Shown here: in pieces, positions 38,870-53,076 of the stretch
How positions within the stretch are numbered: position 1 is the stretch's first letter
Layout: every line of letters begins with the position of its first letter
Source: Girardia tigrina
Lineage: Eukaryota
DNA length: 56,068 bases
Direction: 5' to 3'
Assembly (NCBI GenBank): GCA_001938485.1
Contig: MQRK01195294.1
Location: 1 to 56,068 of the forward strand
Made by a program: the position numbers and the translations under genes
The notes under the pieces: model-generated
What the model was told of the DNA's origin: nothing
Seen by the model: the letters and a program-made list of their open reading frames with translations, nothing else
Database searches by the model: none

Positions 38870-39293
38870 CTGAATCGAATTCACTCACGTTCCCGAATTA
38901 TTTCAAAGCGGTTATTTCTCAACCACCACTAGTTCCATTGGAGTTTTTTTTAAACTCTGATAAACACGCGCATTCGGATAAATTAGCGGCGACGAACAAT
39001 CTCGAAATCGATTCTCGCGACATCGGAGCGAACGAGAGATTCTGTGCATTTTGCCGACTTATCGAGCTCGATCCAGCGTATCACTGCTCGGCTCGCGGCA
39101 CTGCGGTTATTGACCGCAACAATTCAAGCTGCTTCGCATGTGAGCTAGATGGCGGCCCGATTCTGATTGATGATGCACCATCTAAATCTGGTAATTTAAT
39201 TTTTACCTGAGCCGGTCTTGCTCATCGATCTTCTCAGTGGAAACAGCGTGGTTCGTGCGCGTGCAAATTCCAGCCTCACACTCGCCCCCTCTC
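38870..39293 (-). mobile_element. CpG-rich LTR (starts TGTGAGG at 39280) preceded by a PPT; far end uncertain
   Basis: Minus strand GAGAGGGGGCGAG|TGTGAGGCTGG, with an abrupt shift to CpG-rich composition. Confidence 0.6.
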
Positions 39294-40734
39294 AAATGTT
39301 TTGGGAAGTAAATTGTTTATTCGACACCGAAGCCCGAATAAATGTACTAGATCAGAAAATTGTTACAAAATTAGGATTTTAATGGATAATAAAGCAGTGA
39401 CAGAAGTAGTGTGTGTCAATGGAAGTTGTATGGAAGTTATTGGTATATGTAGATAAGGGATTATTTGGAGAAATATCAAAATAGATGGAGTATTTTATGT
39501 GACCAAGACAGTATTTCCAGCGATAATTTTGGGGAAAAAAATAATAGAGGCTTTGGATTTTGCATTAAATATCAGGTAGAAGTTAAAATTATAGAAGACA
39601 GATTGATGAACATTCCAAATATGGAGATATGCGCGATAGATCTCTCTATAAGTAAAAACCAATATACCCAAGAAAAAAGGCTACAAAATGCGAAACGTAA
39701 GTTACAGCTACAGACTGGTACAATGTTGTACACTTGTGTATATAAATAAAGGCATATTTTCGTGGCTGGTAAGTGGGAAATTGGAAACACATGGCCACCA
39801 TGTAAGAAGACGGACAAGTCATTTTCAATGATTTATTTTTTATTAATCCAACAATAACATATTATTTAAACAACAATTTAAGAGAATCAATAAAAATATT
39901 GTTAATATTTTTTTTAAATATAAATATCAATATGTATTTAGTATAATATAGATTGTTTATAATAAATCATCCTTACAAAAATATTTAATCCTTCTGAAAA
40001 TAGCACAGTTATAACGTATCCAATTTCTGAATTAATATTACCAATGCTGCAATTTTGATTTTGATCTGAAACATCCGTAGGTCTATCACTAAATTGGTTA
40101 TTTAATTTAAAATTTTATATAATTTTTCTGGAATTATTAATTAAATGTGACTGCTGCATAAAGTTTGATCCGTTCAAGTAAAGGTTGTCTAGTAGGAATA
40201 TGTCAATTTATATTTTGAGCAGAATACTTGAATAATTTCTTTTGTCAACCTGGAGGACTAATTTAATTATTCTTTCATTTAAGGTCTTTGATTTATTATT
40301 AACATTAACATAATAATTAATAAATTTAAATAAAACATTCAGGTGGGTTTTTATAGTTTGTGTAAAAATAATGAATTTGTCGATTTCACAAATCCACTAT
40401 TTTTACTATAAAAAATGATAGACAAACAATGTTTAAACTAGATTAATCCAAATATAACGATGCTGGATTAATCTAGTTATGAACTAACAATAAAAAATAA
40501 TAGTCAAAATTAAAAAAAAACAAAACCCAGTTATAGGACAAACTTTACTCGGTAGAAAAAAAATCATTAGAATATCTCACAAACAGGCAATTCATACGGT
40601 AATTAATTATTTCTATTATTAATATCTTTATTGATTATTTTTTTACATTTAGAAGTTATATATTAATTTACAATTTACAAAAATAGCTTGTAAACGAATT
40701 TCGAAAGAATTGAGTTTAAATAACAGAACAATTA

Positions 40735-41290
40735 TCACAACAATTCTGGTTTTTTCTTCTTTCTTTTAGGTATAGGATTTTTACCAATGATCGACAAAAG
40801 TATTGTTGAAGTACTGTCCATGTAAGTGAAACCCTTGGCTATTTTGTGTATGTGGTTTGCGATTTCATCAAATACTAAAAAAATATTTGTTCTTGTCAAT
40901 GCTGATGTTTCAAAGAAAGCTGAATTAATTTTCTTAGCATAATTTCTACCTTCTTTTGTACTGGGACTTCTTTTGTCTTCAAGATCCATTTTGTTGCCAA
41001 TAAAAGAAAATAGTTAAATCTTTTGGAATTTCTTCAGTTACGATTTTGTTCCATTCGTTAAGTCTTACAAAACTATCGCGATCCGTTACGTCATAAACTA
41101 AACGAATAATACAAGATCCATGATAAAAATGCTTCATATTCTCGGCTAATCTGTCAGTTTCAGCCGTATCTCAAACATCGATTTGAATCCAGTCGTCATC
41201 GATCACCATTTTTCTTCAAGATGAGTTGCTAAATTAACGAGTGCCAATATTGGTTGGCTTTCGTTTGAAGATTTATCCATCAAAAAAATT
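40735..41290 (-). pseudogene. Intronless decayed Rab-family small GTPase
   Basis: PTNIG, IDV*DTAET (WDTAGQ), VYDVTDRDSF, GNKMDLE, FFETSA. TGT TGT (CC) in a shifted frame near the end. No P-loop seen. Confidence 0.85.
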
Positions 41291-44049
41291 AGCGATCTCT
41301 TCTGCTGACGTTAAATCTCAAATATAAAAAAAATACACAATGAACAGGTAATTATGCACATCCACAATCAAACAAACCTATATACGACAATACTTTACAA
41401 AAATTACAAACACACCATAGACAATGAATAAATAACTATACACATTCACCATGAAACGCACATGTACCGATCAACACACTTACGTTAATAAATGCACTAC
41501 AGTTTGTATTAGCTTCTGATATTTATTAATAATAATAATAAAAGTTGTAATTAAAATAAGAATAATAAGAGGTAATTCTAATAAGAAACTTTTAATAAGA
41601 AACGAAAAAATTATTTAAAAAATGTTTCGTCTTGGTCAGTCGGTCGATCTGTTACGCTCGAAAAAATAAGAATATCCATTCAGATTTAGTATATCCATTA
41701 TATATACAATAAACACATTTAAAATAAAATGACAAAATCTATTTACAAAACTCAAATTAACTGCAACTTGAGAATTCTCCTTTCAGCCGTTCCCTTGAAT
41801 GCGCTACCGTTTTCTCTAGCATCCATTTAAGATACATCACACTACTGCACAAGAGTCTGTTTCATTTCCCGATAAAACTGTGAATTATACCTGGTCGCAT
41901 TCACCACTAATTGGAACAATTAGGCCTCTATCTGTTTTAAGTCCAACAATAACTTCATTTAGACCACTTTATCACTCATCTTACAACATGAGCATTTTTA
42001 TTTCCCGTTAATTCCTAAAATAATTTAATTGTATTTAGTATTTTTATATATTCGATTAATTTTAACTTTTATATTCATTTGTAAATAGCTTTAAATATAA
42101 ATCGTTTTGTTTACGACTATTATTGTTGTGATTAAATCTGAATTTTAAATATTTAACTTTATGAAACATAAAAAATTATTATAAAATTTTTATATATTAT
42201 GTTTAAATATTTTAGTTTCAATTTAAAAAATCTAAACATCTATGAGTTGGCCAAAAAATCCTCACAACAATAATAATAATTGCAGTAATATTATAAAAAA
42301 ATTAATTATTTACTCAAAAAATAAATAATATCATTAATTAAGTACATTAACTATTTTTATATTAAAAATAGTAAAATATAAAATAAAAAAATTCTAAAAT
42401 AAACAATTATTTAAAAGTTGACACTTATGATATATTTTTAAATATAATATTTATATTTTCCATCCTGTAGCAAACTAATTGGTTTTTGATATTGCAATCA
42501 ATTAGAGGAGTGGACTTCGTGGCCGCGTACAGGCGAGATTCTGGGGAGGCTCGTCACGGATTTTATGGCTTTAATAATTTATTGTAGGACTAATTGACCA
42601 CAGAAGAATATTTATCAGAGTACTAATACGAGACGCAGAGGCTCATCACGGAATGCAGGAAGTAAATTAAATTATATTCGTCAAATCAGAAGTCGGTTGT
42701 TAAAAATCACGCAATATATATTTTTTTAATTTTCGGAAACATCGAATGAAATATGTTTCGTTTAGAATACAAGAAGAATTTGTAAAAGATAATTTTATAA
42801 ATCTTTGAAACATATCTTTCATCCAAATGAGGTCCTATGACATTAAGGGGTACGCATAAAGTATGACGAAGAGATTTATATAGACGGAAGAATCATTAAA
42901 TGAGCATGATTTGTTTAAAAAATATTTTAAGTTAAATTTTGATTTCAAGATTAATAATATAATTTCTGGAAATAATAAATTTGAACTACAATTAAGTTTT
43001 AATATGGTAGAATAAAATGTTTTCCTAAATCTTTAAATGAATATTATTTTAAAATAAATTGTATCAATTTTAAATTAAAACAGATTGACAATATTTTGTA
43101 AAGAATTAATTTTAATTTTAAAATGAGTATTATTTTAGAATAAATTTTAATCGATTTAAATCTTATTTTTAAGTTTTATTTTTGTGAATTTTAATCAGAA
43201 TTTGATTGTTAACACAAGTCTCGGGGAATTGACTACACTGACATAATTCTGGATAATTATAACATGCCGACTTCAAATCTGCGATACATTTGCTTGTCTC
43301 ACATGACAATTTTAGAAAACATCAATCGAAGTAGTAATTGTAAAAGAGCTAACTGAAAATGCGTTTCAGTGAACTCCTTTAACGTAAAAAAGTAAAGATA
43401 AATATTTATAAAACTTATTTTTATACAATATAAATAAACATATATAACAAAAAATCACATACGAGAGAGAGAGAGAACGGCACAGATAAATCTTGATTTC
43501 GATTTGTGTCTATTGTTCAAAGATTTCAAAGGAACGATCTTCTGTTGTAACAATATTGATGGAAACGTCAAAGAATCAGTCGGTTGCACAACAAGATTTT
43601 GAGGAAATAGATTATATGGAGAGATGTACCTTCAGGGGGGAATATTGATAAATTGGTTTGTAGAAAACTCCTTTACGAACCGATTTTACAAGAAAACGCC
43701 CCGCAGGCAATATAGTAGAATTGTAAACAGTAATATTATTGATTGTTTTAATCGATTGTTTTTATATATATAATTTTTAATATATATATATAATTTTATA
43801 TATAATTTACTATATATAACTTATATATAATAATTGACTGGGTCACTACAGTAATCACTTTATTAATAATAGATTTACTCACAATAGACTCATTTAAATA
43901 TAAAAAGTAACTTCAATCATGATTTTTATTTATCTAAAAATATCATTTTTTTGAAAATAATAAGCAAATAAAAATTAATTAAAAATTTTGTTATTGCTCA
44001 TTAAAATAACAAAGTTTCATTCAAATAATATATCAAGTTTAGTGAAGAG

Positions 44050-44620
44050 GTTTGGATTTCTTGCAAGTAGACTTTCGACGTTGTTTAACTTCTGGGGCAT
44101 TGTAGCAACCAGCAGTAATCTGCAAGCATAGCACTGCTCCATCGTCATTGGTAGCTTGACTCCATTTAAGCAATTTCATAGTGTAAACAATGTCCTTGCT
44201 CATCAATGACTTCGCCAAGACATTCAGGGAAAAAAGTCAATATGTAAATCAAAAAGATTAATCTTAAGGGACATGTTACATCCCACATTCTGGAAGGTAT
44301 TTATGCACTGTTATAGAAATTCTTTGTTATTACTAAAATTTATTCTTTTCCAAGAAATTGGTAACAAGAGATTTGAACAAATCCATGCCTCAAAGTCTTT
44401 TAAATTTAATAGTTTTTAAAAATGTTCATTATTCATTATTTTTCAGATTTTAGAGCACCCAATATTCCTTCTTTTATTTCAGCATTACTGATTCGCGGAA
44501 ACATGGAACATAGATATGTAGAGGCATCATTCATTTTATCCATTGCTTTTACAAAATTCTTCGTTAGACCAAACGTAACATGAAACGGTAGCAATATGAT
44601 GTCGTTTTTGAGAACCAGTG
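44050..44620 (-). mobile_element. Chapaev3-like (CMC superfamily) transposase remnant
   Basis: LPFHVTFGLTKNFVKAMDK...FPRISNAEIKEGI, GCNMSLKI, CLGEVIDEQG...YQ*RWSSAMLADYCW. Confidence 0.75.
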
Positions 44621-46461
44621 GTTAATGCAAAACATTTTTTAGACCAGGTGCCACGCAGTCCCTCATAGGCATCATCTCTGTGAATATGTGTATCTCGATC
44701 CTGACTATTCCATTCGCAGAGGAAACAGCAGAATATCGAGTAACCAAGTTAGAGACCCGTGAGAATTGCAATGAATTGCAGGTCTCCACATTTTTAGTCA
44801 TTGTATTTTATTTTTATGAAAACACTACTAATATTTCATTAATTATTAAAAGAAAGTTGAAAATTTGTTTGAAATAAAAATTATTAATTAGTGCTGATAC
44901 AAATTTGTCAATAATGAATCCTAATTCCAATATCGAAAATGATATAAGCGCAACTTACACTGACAAAATCGCATTTAAACTAAAGATATTTCGTGAATTA
45001 ATTACGTACAACAAGTTTAACAAAAAAATATTGTAAAAGAAAATAAATAATCCAAAGAAAATGAAAAATTGTTTAATGTTTTCTCAACAATTAATAACAA
45101 ATAAATCATTTTTGGGTAATTTTGAATAATAAATCAGAATTTCCTAAATTTGGGAAAAGAAATCGTTCTCGTCTGGAAAAAGAGCAGAGTGATCGATCGG
45201 GATCAAAGGCGACCAGATCAAGTAAATCATCTGGTCAGAGACAGCAGCTGTCTCGGACAATTAGTGATAATCTTGGATAAATATTCCCCATCGAAAATTC
45301 ATCAGAAGAAAATAAAGTATGAAATAATAAAAAGTAAACTCAATAGTACATTAAAACAAAATTTTATTTCTTGTTTTAATGACGTAAAATTTTATTTGAA
45401 TTAACATCCTTCCGAAGCGAGATCTATGAATAGGTTGTATGTATTTTTTTATATATATGTTTTTTAAAAACAACCGTTGATCTATACGAAAATATATATT
45501 TTATTATATTTTAATTGATTAAAACAAAACATGAATTAATATTTTATTTTACTTTTGAAAAAACCTACAAAAATGAGGTTTATTGTTTTATTGAAATTAA
45601 TAATTGATATTTTGTTTTAATTTTTTAAATGCCGATATAATTTTTAATTATAAATATAAATTTAAATGTTACTTTTTTACTTTGTTTGTATTAATATTTA
45701 TTCGTTCTAGGTTTCAGTCGGCGCCAGAACCCGGTCCTAACAATGACAAGGTATTTCTACATGATTTATGCGCCACTTTGGTTTAATATTCGTTGTAATT
45801 ATATTTTTGAAACAAGAATAAACTGTCTCGACCGAGTAAGTAGTCATTGGACTCAATGGAATTTGTGCCAGGGAGATCATGAGCCACAGACCACCACTTG
45901 ACTCCATGGTCCAAAATGTCTTTTATCTAAAAAATAAAATCCTATTATTTGAAATCAATTAACATTTGGTGTAACATTGGTCCCGTGTTCTCGTCCACTG
46001 AAATATACGAGAAACAAGAAATACAAATCAAGTAACTATGATTATTTATTGTGATAAAGTTATCTTTTATTGATTCTCCAAAAGGGGTAAGTAGCACTTT
46101 TGAATAAGATTCGTATACAGAAGAATATATCAGAGGAGGAATCACAGTAAAGATTCTCGAACAAAAGTGATTTGTGATATGTCCGATGCAGACCGCAGCT
46201 TTCCTCAGAAACTGACTGGTGGTAGTAGAGATCCAGTTATTTTTTCACTGCGGGCATTTCGTTCCGGACCCATTTTATATTATTTTTACTGGCCTTCATC
46301 GATTTTGAAAAGTCCTAGAAACAATCACAATTTTAGTAATTCAAATCTTTTAATTTGGTCGAAAATAGAAAAAAATAAAATTCGTACAAAAATTCGTTTT
46401 GACATACAATTTCATACAAAAAGATATCGCAAACTCGTTCACATATAATTTCAATAATATA

Positions 46462-47240
46462 TTGGGTGTACAACTAATTAATTTCGTATTTTTTTGTTAA
46501 AAAAACCATTTATTTAAGTATAAAAGTGAAAAAAATATTTTATTCAAAATATTGTCCATCGGAAGCGGCAACTTTTNNNNNNNNNNNNNNNNNNNNNNNN
46601 NNNNNNNNNNNNNNNNNNNNNNNNNNNNNNNNNNNNNNNNNNNNNNNNNNNNNNNNNNNNNNNNNNNNNNNNNNNNNNNNNNNNNNNNNNNNNNNNNNNN
46701 NGATTCTGCATCGACCGAAACAAGTGGTAATCAGAAGGAGCTATGTCTGGGCTATAAGGCGGGTGAGGTAGAATTTCCCATCCGGCATTTTCCAAATAAT
46801 TTTTGACCGGTACTGCAACACGTGGCCGAGCACTGTCATGATGGAAAATCAATTTCTCGTGTCTGGTCGCCCATTCTAGCCGTTTTTCGGCTATTGCTTG
46901 CTTCAAACGAATCAATTGTTGCCTGTATAGCTCTCCCGTGATCGTCTGTCCCGATTTTAACAGCTCATAGTACAGTACACCCTTCTGATCCCACCAAATA
47001 CAGAGCATTACCTTCGAACCATGAATATTCGGCTTTAGTGTCGATTTGGTTGGTTGACCTGGCTTCACATATGATCTTTTACGCTTTGAGTTGTCGTAAT
47101 GAATCCACTTTTCATCGATAGTGACAATACGATGTAAAGCGGTTTCTTTTTGTGGTGATTAAGCAGCATTTCAGACATGCAAAATCGTCTCTCAACGTCT
47201 CTCGGCTTCAATTCGTGTGGCACCCAATTTCCTTGTTTCT
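46462..47240 (-). mobile_element. 5'-truncated Mos1/mauritiana-like mariner
   Basis: KQGNWVPHELKPRDVERR, KPNIHGSKVMLCIWWDQKG, HPPYSPDIAPSDYHLF. TA|TTGGGTGTACAA terminus. Confidence 0.92.
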
Positions 47241-47607
47241 GATATTTTTCTAATATTTTTGCAAGATCGTTAAGACAGATTCGATTAAATCGATCAGACA
47301 TATTCAATTTTACGAAATCGTTGTTCTAAGTCGTTTTTCAATAATAAATCGTTGTTCATAAAGTAAATTGTCGTTTAAAGTAATTTGCTCAAAATAAATC
47401 GTCGTTCGTAAACAGATTCAATCGAAATTTCCTAACATCAAAATTATAAACGATTTTTTTAAAAAAACACTGTTTCTCACGAGACTTGTTTTGATTGGCT
47501 AACAAATCAGAGCGAATCGTTTGATTCGAATTTGTACCCAACACATAAGCACAATAATACTCGGCACTTTAAATTAATTTAATTATATTACTTATATACA
47601 TTACTTC

Positions 47608-47674
<67 letters not shown>
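47608..47674. repeat. (CA)n(TA)n compound microsatellite
   Basis: Seen directly in sequence. Confidence 0.95.
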
Positions 47675-47875
47675 NNNNNNNNNNNNNNNNNNNNNNNNNN
47701 NNNNNNNNNNNNNNNNNNNNNNNNNNNNNNNNNNNNNNNNNNNNNNNNNNNNNNNNNNNNNNNNNNNNNNNNNNNNNNNNNNNNNNNNNNNNNNNNNNNN
47801 NNNNNNNNNNNNNNNNNNNNNNNNNNNNNNNNNNNNNNNNNNNNNNNNNNNNNNNNNNNNNNNNNNNNNNNNNNN

Positions 47876-49129
47876 TCATTTTGATATTCAATCTAATCAT
47901 TGACGAAAGTCAATTTATTGCGAAGTTAATTCCAATTGAAAATGGTTTTGTCAATGGAGGAGAGAATATTTTTGATTGAACATGTCTTTCGTGCAAATGA
48001 TGAATACACAGAAGCAGCGAAGGAAAAATTTGCCGAAAAGTTTCCCGCAACAGCAATACCTCATCGAAATGCAGTTCGAGCGTTAGTGAACAAGTTCAGA
48101 GAAATTGGATCCGTTCATGATGCCTCCCGCTCAGGTCNNNNNNNNNNNNNNNNNNNNNNNNNNNNNNNNNNNNNNNNNNNNNNNNNNNNNNNNNNNNNNN
48201 NNNNNNNNNNNNNNNNCAAGAAGTGAGTGTATCCGTTGGAACTGCACATGCCGCCGTGAGGAAAACTTTAAGCTTATATCCATATCGTGTTACTTGTCAA
48301 CATGAGTTGAAAGACACAGACTTTGAAAAACGACTTCAGTTTTGTCATTGGTTCAAGGAAAATCTGAATGAGGATGACATGCTCGACAAGTCTTTTTTTC
48401 CGATGAAGCGTGGTTTCATTTGTCTGGATATGTGAGTAGCCAAAATTCTCGAATTTGGTCCAGGGAAAATCCGCATGAATTTGTTGAGAAGCCTCTGCAT
48501 TCCTTGAAAGTTGGAGTATGGTATGCCATGTCCAGGAGGCGAGTAATTTGTCCCATCTTTTTTACTGAAATCATAACATCAGAAAGGTACTGCAAGGAAA
48601 TCCTTTCTGCTTTCATCGACCAGTTAACTGAAGAAGAACGATCGACTGGCTATTTTCAGTAGAATGGTGCAACAGCACATACCGCCAACATTTCGCTTCG
48701 TTTTTTGAATGAGATCTTCCCGAAGAGAATCATTTCCAATGGAATTTGGCTGCCAAGATCCCCAGATCTAAGTGTTTTAGACTTTTACCTGTGGGGAGCG
48801 ATAAAGCAAAATGTTTACCGAAACAAACCACAAACTTTGCAAGACCTACGTGATAACATCCTACACCAAATTGAAGCCATCACCCAAGAGGAAATTCATC
48901 GAGTGTTCGAAAACTTGAAACGTCGAATTAACGTTTGTATTCACGAACTTGGTGGGCATTTCCAGCAGTTATTTTGACTCTTTTCTTGTTATTCTTAATA
49001 AATTAAGAGACGGCCATTGTTCTTCGCATAAAATTGACTATTCAAAATATTTTGTTATTGATTTTTAGAACACAAGATATCGTTCTTGTTTTGAAATTTC
49101 AGGTGCACAGTTACTTTTTGAACGCACTG
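47876..49129 (+). mobile_element. Tc1/mariner-superfamily element, rosa/DD41D-like (left end lies in the gap)
   Basis: DUF4817-like N-terminus, SDEAWFHLSGYV..QNSRIW, WLPRSPDLSVLDFYLWG. Right end CACTG|TA. Confidence 0.88.
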
Positions 49130-49351
49130 TATATCAGAGCGGCAACAATTCTGCTATTTTATCATTCACATAAGCATATTCAAATACGGAACCCTTTAAG
49201 GTTTTCTAACTAATTTAAATAGAGAGTGTCTTTTAGGGAAGAAATAAGCAGGATTATTAAAAATAAATCAAAATGTAAATAATTCAATTTAAAAAATCCG
49301 AAACATGTTATTTATTTGATTTCATAATTTTCTATTTATGTATTAAAAAAT

Positions 49352-49457
49352 AGTTAAATCTCCAGGTTTCACTTCAGCATTCATAATATGAACAAGTAGA
49401 ATTTATTTAATATTTACAATCTTTTTAGAATACTTAAAAAAATTAATAATCACAACT
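49352..49457 (-). repeat. 3' LTR (AGTT...AACT termini)
   Basis: Direct repeat of 54752-54857; PPT adjacent at 49458-49470. Confidence 0.95.
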
Positions 49458-51998
49458 TTCCCCTTCTTTTATAATTCGTTATATACATTCTTAATCCAGT
49501 CAATTCTTCTACGAATTATGTTTCCATCTTTCAGATTCTGTAGTTCCAATTGGTGTGGCGATATGTCTTAAAATTTGGTACGGTCCATCGAATGGGAAAG
49601 TGTCCTTTCTCAGTTTTGTAGGATCTTGTTTTACAAAAACTTTCTGACCATCCTCGAAATGTCGATTTGTTCTCTTCTCTCTCTCCCAATTTTCCATTCG
49701 TCTTGCCGCTTTCTCTAAATTTTTTCTTACCTTCTTCTTGATCACGTTGCTGTCTTCCGTTTTAGCTATTCCTGCTGCCGCATGTAAGTTTATTTTTCTA
49801 CCAAACACAACTTCGAAGGGCGAATATCCGGTCGTACTCTGAACTGTTGCATTTAGACAGAATTCTATCTTTGGAACAATTTGTCACCATGATCGTTTGT
49901 CTGTGTCTCCTCTGCTTGTTACTATCATGTCTCATCACTTTTTGAATAGTTTTTTCTGCCAACCCATTTGATTGATGTTGAAATTGGTTAGTAAATGTTT
50001 GTTCGATTCCATATTTCCTGCAAAAATCTTTAAATTTTCCGCCAGTAAAACAATTTCCATTGTCTGTTAATATTGTTTTTGGCTTCCAACATCTGTATAT
50101 TCATTTTATCCACATACATTGAACTATTGTGTCTTCGTTTTGAGTTCTAATCTCTGTCAAAGAGACCAATTTCGAAAACTGGTCCATCATGACCAATGGA
50201 TATGGGTACATGCTATTCTTGTCACACACATATGCGATATCCATCACAACTTGCTCTAAAAACTCGTCACTTCTTATTGGAATCAACTTCTCTTTTGTTT
50301 TTTTACTTGGAATTTTTCTGTGTATACATTCCTGACATTCTCCTATAACGATTTGTACCTCTTTCTCTAAATCTGGTAGCATAAAATGATTTTGGATTTT
50401 ACTTCTTTGTCTTTTTGATACCTATGTGACATAAATCTCTGTGTATTTTCCTGATGAAATCTCTTCAAATTTTCTTCGGAACCAATGACAAGTCACAATT
50501 TCCTTCTTGTCTACCCCATAACCCATTCTATTAAACTAACTGCTTCTTTAGTTGTAATAACTCCATCGTGATTTCATTCTTGTTGATTTTGGTTCTTCGT
50601 GTTTTGTTTCACATTGTGCACAAAATAAACGTCGTCGTATAGCAGTGATAATCCATCTGCATTTCCATGTTCGTCACCTTTTCTATACTTTAAATCAAAG
50701 TCAAAATCCGCCATGTCTGGAATTAAGGAGTAATAGGTTTGGAAGTACTCTTCATATACACCAGTGCTTTATAATCAGTTCTTGTAAATATTCTTGTAAA
50801 TCGCTTACCATATAAATATTGCTTGAAATGTAACATGAACTCTTGTAAAGCTAATAGTTCCTTTCTTGTCAGACAGTACCCTTTTTCATTTGTAGTTAAA
50901 GTCCTCGATGCATACGCGATTACTACTTCTTTCTCTTCTAATATCTGACTTAGAACTGCTCCTATCGATACGAATGATGCATCTGTGTCTAAGATGAAAT
51001 TATTACTCGGGTTCACAAATGCTAATATTGGTGCACCACATAGCTTTTGCTTTAATTCGTTAAAACTTCTGTCGCCCTCGTCTGACCAAAATATTTCTTT
51101 ACATTTTCCGCTACATGCACTGTGCAAAGGTGCTGCTAATTCAACGTAATTCTTGATAAATCATCGATAGTAGTTACACAGACCTAAAAATGATCGTAAA
51201 TTTCGAGTACACATTGAAATCGAAAAAATTTGAATTTCAACCACTTTCAATTTATTTGTTGAGATACCTTCTTTGTTAATTGTATGTCCCAGAAATACCA
51301 GCTCCACTACTCCGAATTTGCATTTCCCTGGATTAACTTTCAAAACTGCTTTCTTCAGTCTATTCAGTATTTCTTCTAATAGTCTCATAGATATATTTGT
51401 GGAGTTTTCTTTAGTGTATGTGTTTTTTTAAAGGAAATTTTGTAATTTTTGTCACCTACTTTTGTCATTGTTTTCTTTTGTCTGACGCCTGTCATTGTGC
51501 AGGATGAAATTTTAAACTTTCATAGGAAGAAAGTAAAAAAGGGTAAAATTTCGTCAAATTGAAACAAGGAAAAGAAGAAGACTAGAAAGAAAGAAACAGT
51601 GGATTGTATTTTCTTCTCTTTCCATTTATTTTAATTAATTAACTTAATGAAATTAAATTGTATTGTCAATGACAATTTAATTTAATTTAAAAATTGTAAA
51701 TCTTTTTTTTTGGTTTAAAACAATACTGCTGTGTTCTTATGCAAAACGCAGTCTTTTCTTGAAAACTTTAATCCAATGCTACTTGATGGTATGCTTTGCC
51801 TAAATCTATACTGGAAAAAATTCTGGAGCTACCTAGAGCATCCATAAACATTTGGCTGTCTAGCATTGGTAAGGAAACTTTCTTTGATACATCATTCAAT
51901 TTTCTGAAATCTAAACAAATTCAAAGACCTCCATCCTTCTTTGGCGTAAGGACTAACGGAGAGTTCCATTTACTTTTACATTTCTGAATTATTCCTGC

Positions 51999-53076
51999 CT
52001 GGAGCAGAAGCCGTGTCTCATTGTTATGGACTTTCCTTTTTTGGCCGATTCCATAAATTCTGTTAATTTTAATGTTGCTTTGGGACTTTTGGAAGTAAAA
52101 GGCAAATTTTCAGGCTTCAAGTATCGCTAAGCGATATTCATCCCATGTAAGTGGGCGATAGCAGAACATATTTGAATAACAATTTCAACGGCTTCATTCT
52201 TCGTGAACTGACACGTCTTGCATTTCTCCTGAATCATATAGAAAAATTCTCCTCCTTCCAATAATTCCATTACAACGAGTAAACAATTTTCACCGTTGTA
52301 TTTACTTTCAAAAACGTCTTAGATTTGTATAATATTATTACAATTACTCGCGCGCCAGTGTAAATCCAATTCTCGACGTGATTTCGAGTTGTCTTTTAAA
52401 TTTTTTAAAGAGTAAAACTTTTTCTCCATTATCGACTTAACTTTATACACTTTCCCTGAAACACCACATCCTAAAATATCCTTTGATGTAATGTAATAAA
52501 GCTTGATTGAAGTGGACTTTGGTGCTAAAAACGTTGAATGCTTTTCACCCATTTGAAAAATTATGAAGTTGTTCTTTATTTCAGTTGATGAAAATAGCGC
52601 AGTAAAACAAAAGAAAAATTTTTAAGTCAAATTTATTTAAGATTGGTCAAATTGTTAATTGATTGACATTAAAATTGTTTTTATTGACTAAAACCACTCA
52701 CATACACACATTCAATAAACCAACAAAAAAACACATATCAATTACATCATATTCATTTTATTTACATTTTTTGTCCCATTGGACAGACACAAACAAATCC
52801 ACTCGACGAATCCATTCCAACACACAACATCGACCATTCGAACAGTTAATGATTCACATGACTTAATTATTAAACAAATTAATTAATTAACTGAGTTTAA
52901 CTCAGTTTTTATTTTGAATTCAAATTTTTTACTTTTACCTTTATTTATTTTCACTTTAAATTATTCAATTAATTTCTTGTTTATTATTATTTTTTTAATT
53001 AACTTTATTTTATTTTATTTATGAATTTTCCTGAACTGAGAAAATGTTCCGTCAAATCGGCTAATTTCTGCTCCAG
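51999..53076. mobile_element. Insertion bounded by an 11-bp inverted repeat and a TGC(CT) duplication, splitting the Gypsy RT
   Basis: TGC|CTGGAGCAGAA ... TTCTGCTCCAG|TGC. Removing it restores the pol frame GLE*AGIIQKCKSKWNSPLV. Confidence 0.75.
52000..52552 (-). pseudogene. MAPKAPK2: Intronless N-terminal fragment of a MAPK-activated protein kinase 2/3 (subdomains I-VII)
   Basis: ILGCGVSGKV, LKDNSKSRRELDLHWRASNC, CLLVVMELLEGGEFF, FTKNEA, LHGMNIA*RYLKPENL, LKLTEF..AK. The RRE..LHWRAS motif is typical of MK2/3. Confidence 0.88.

Noticed and set aside
38833-39210. 125-aa ORF and an apparent 19-nt GT-AG intron at 39189-39207 (-)
   Set aside because: No protein motifs; better explained as a CpG-rich LTR adjacent to a PPT.
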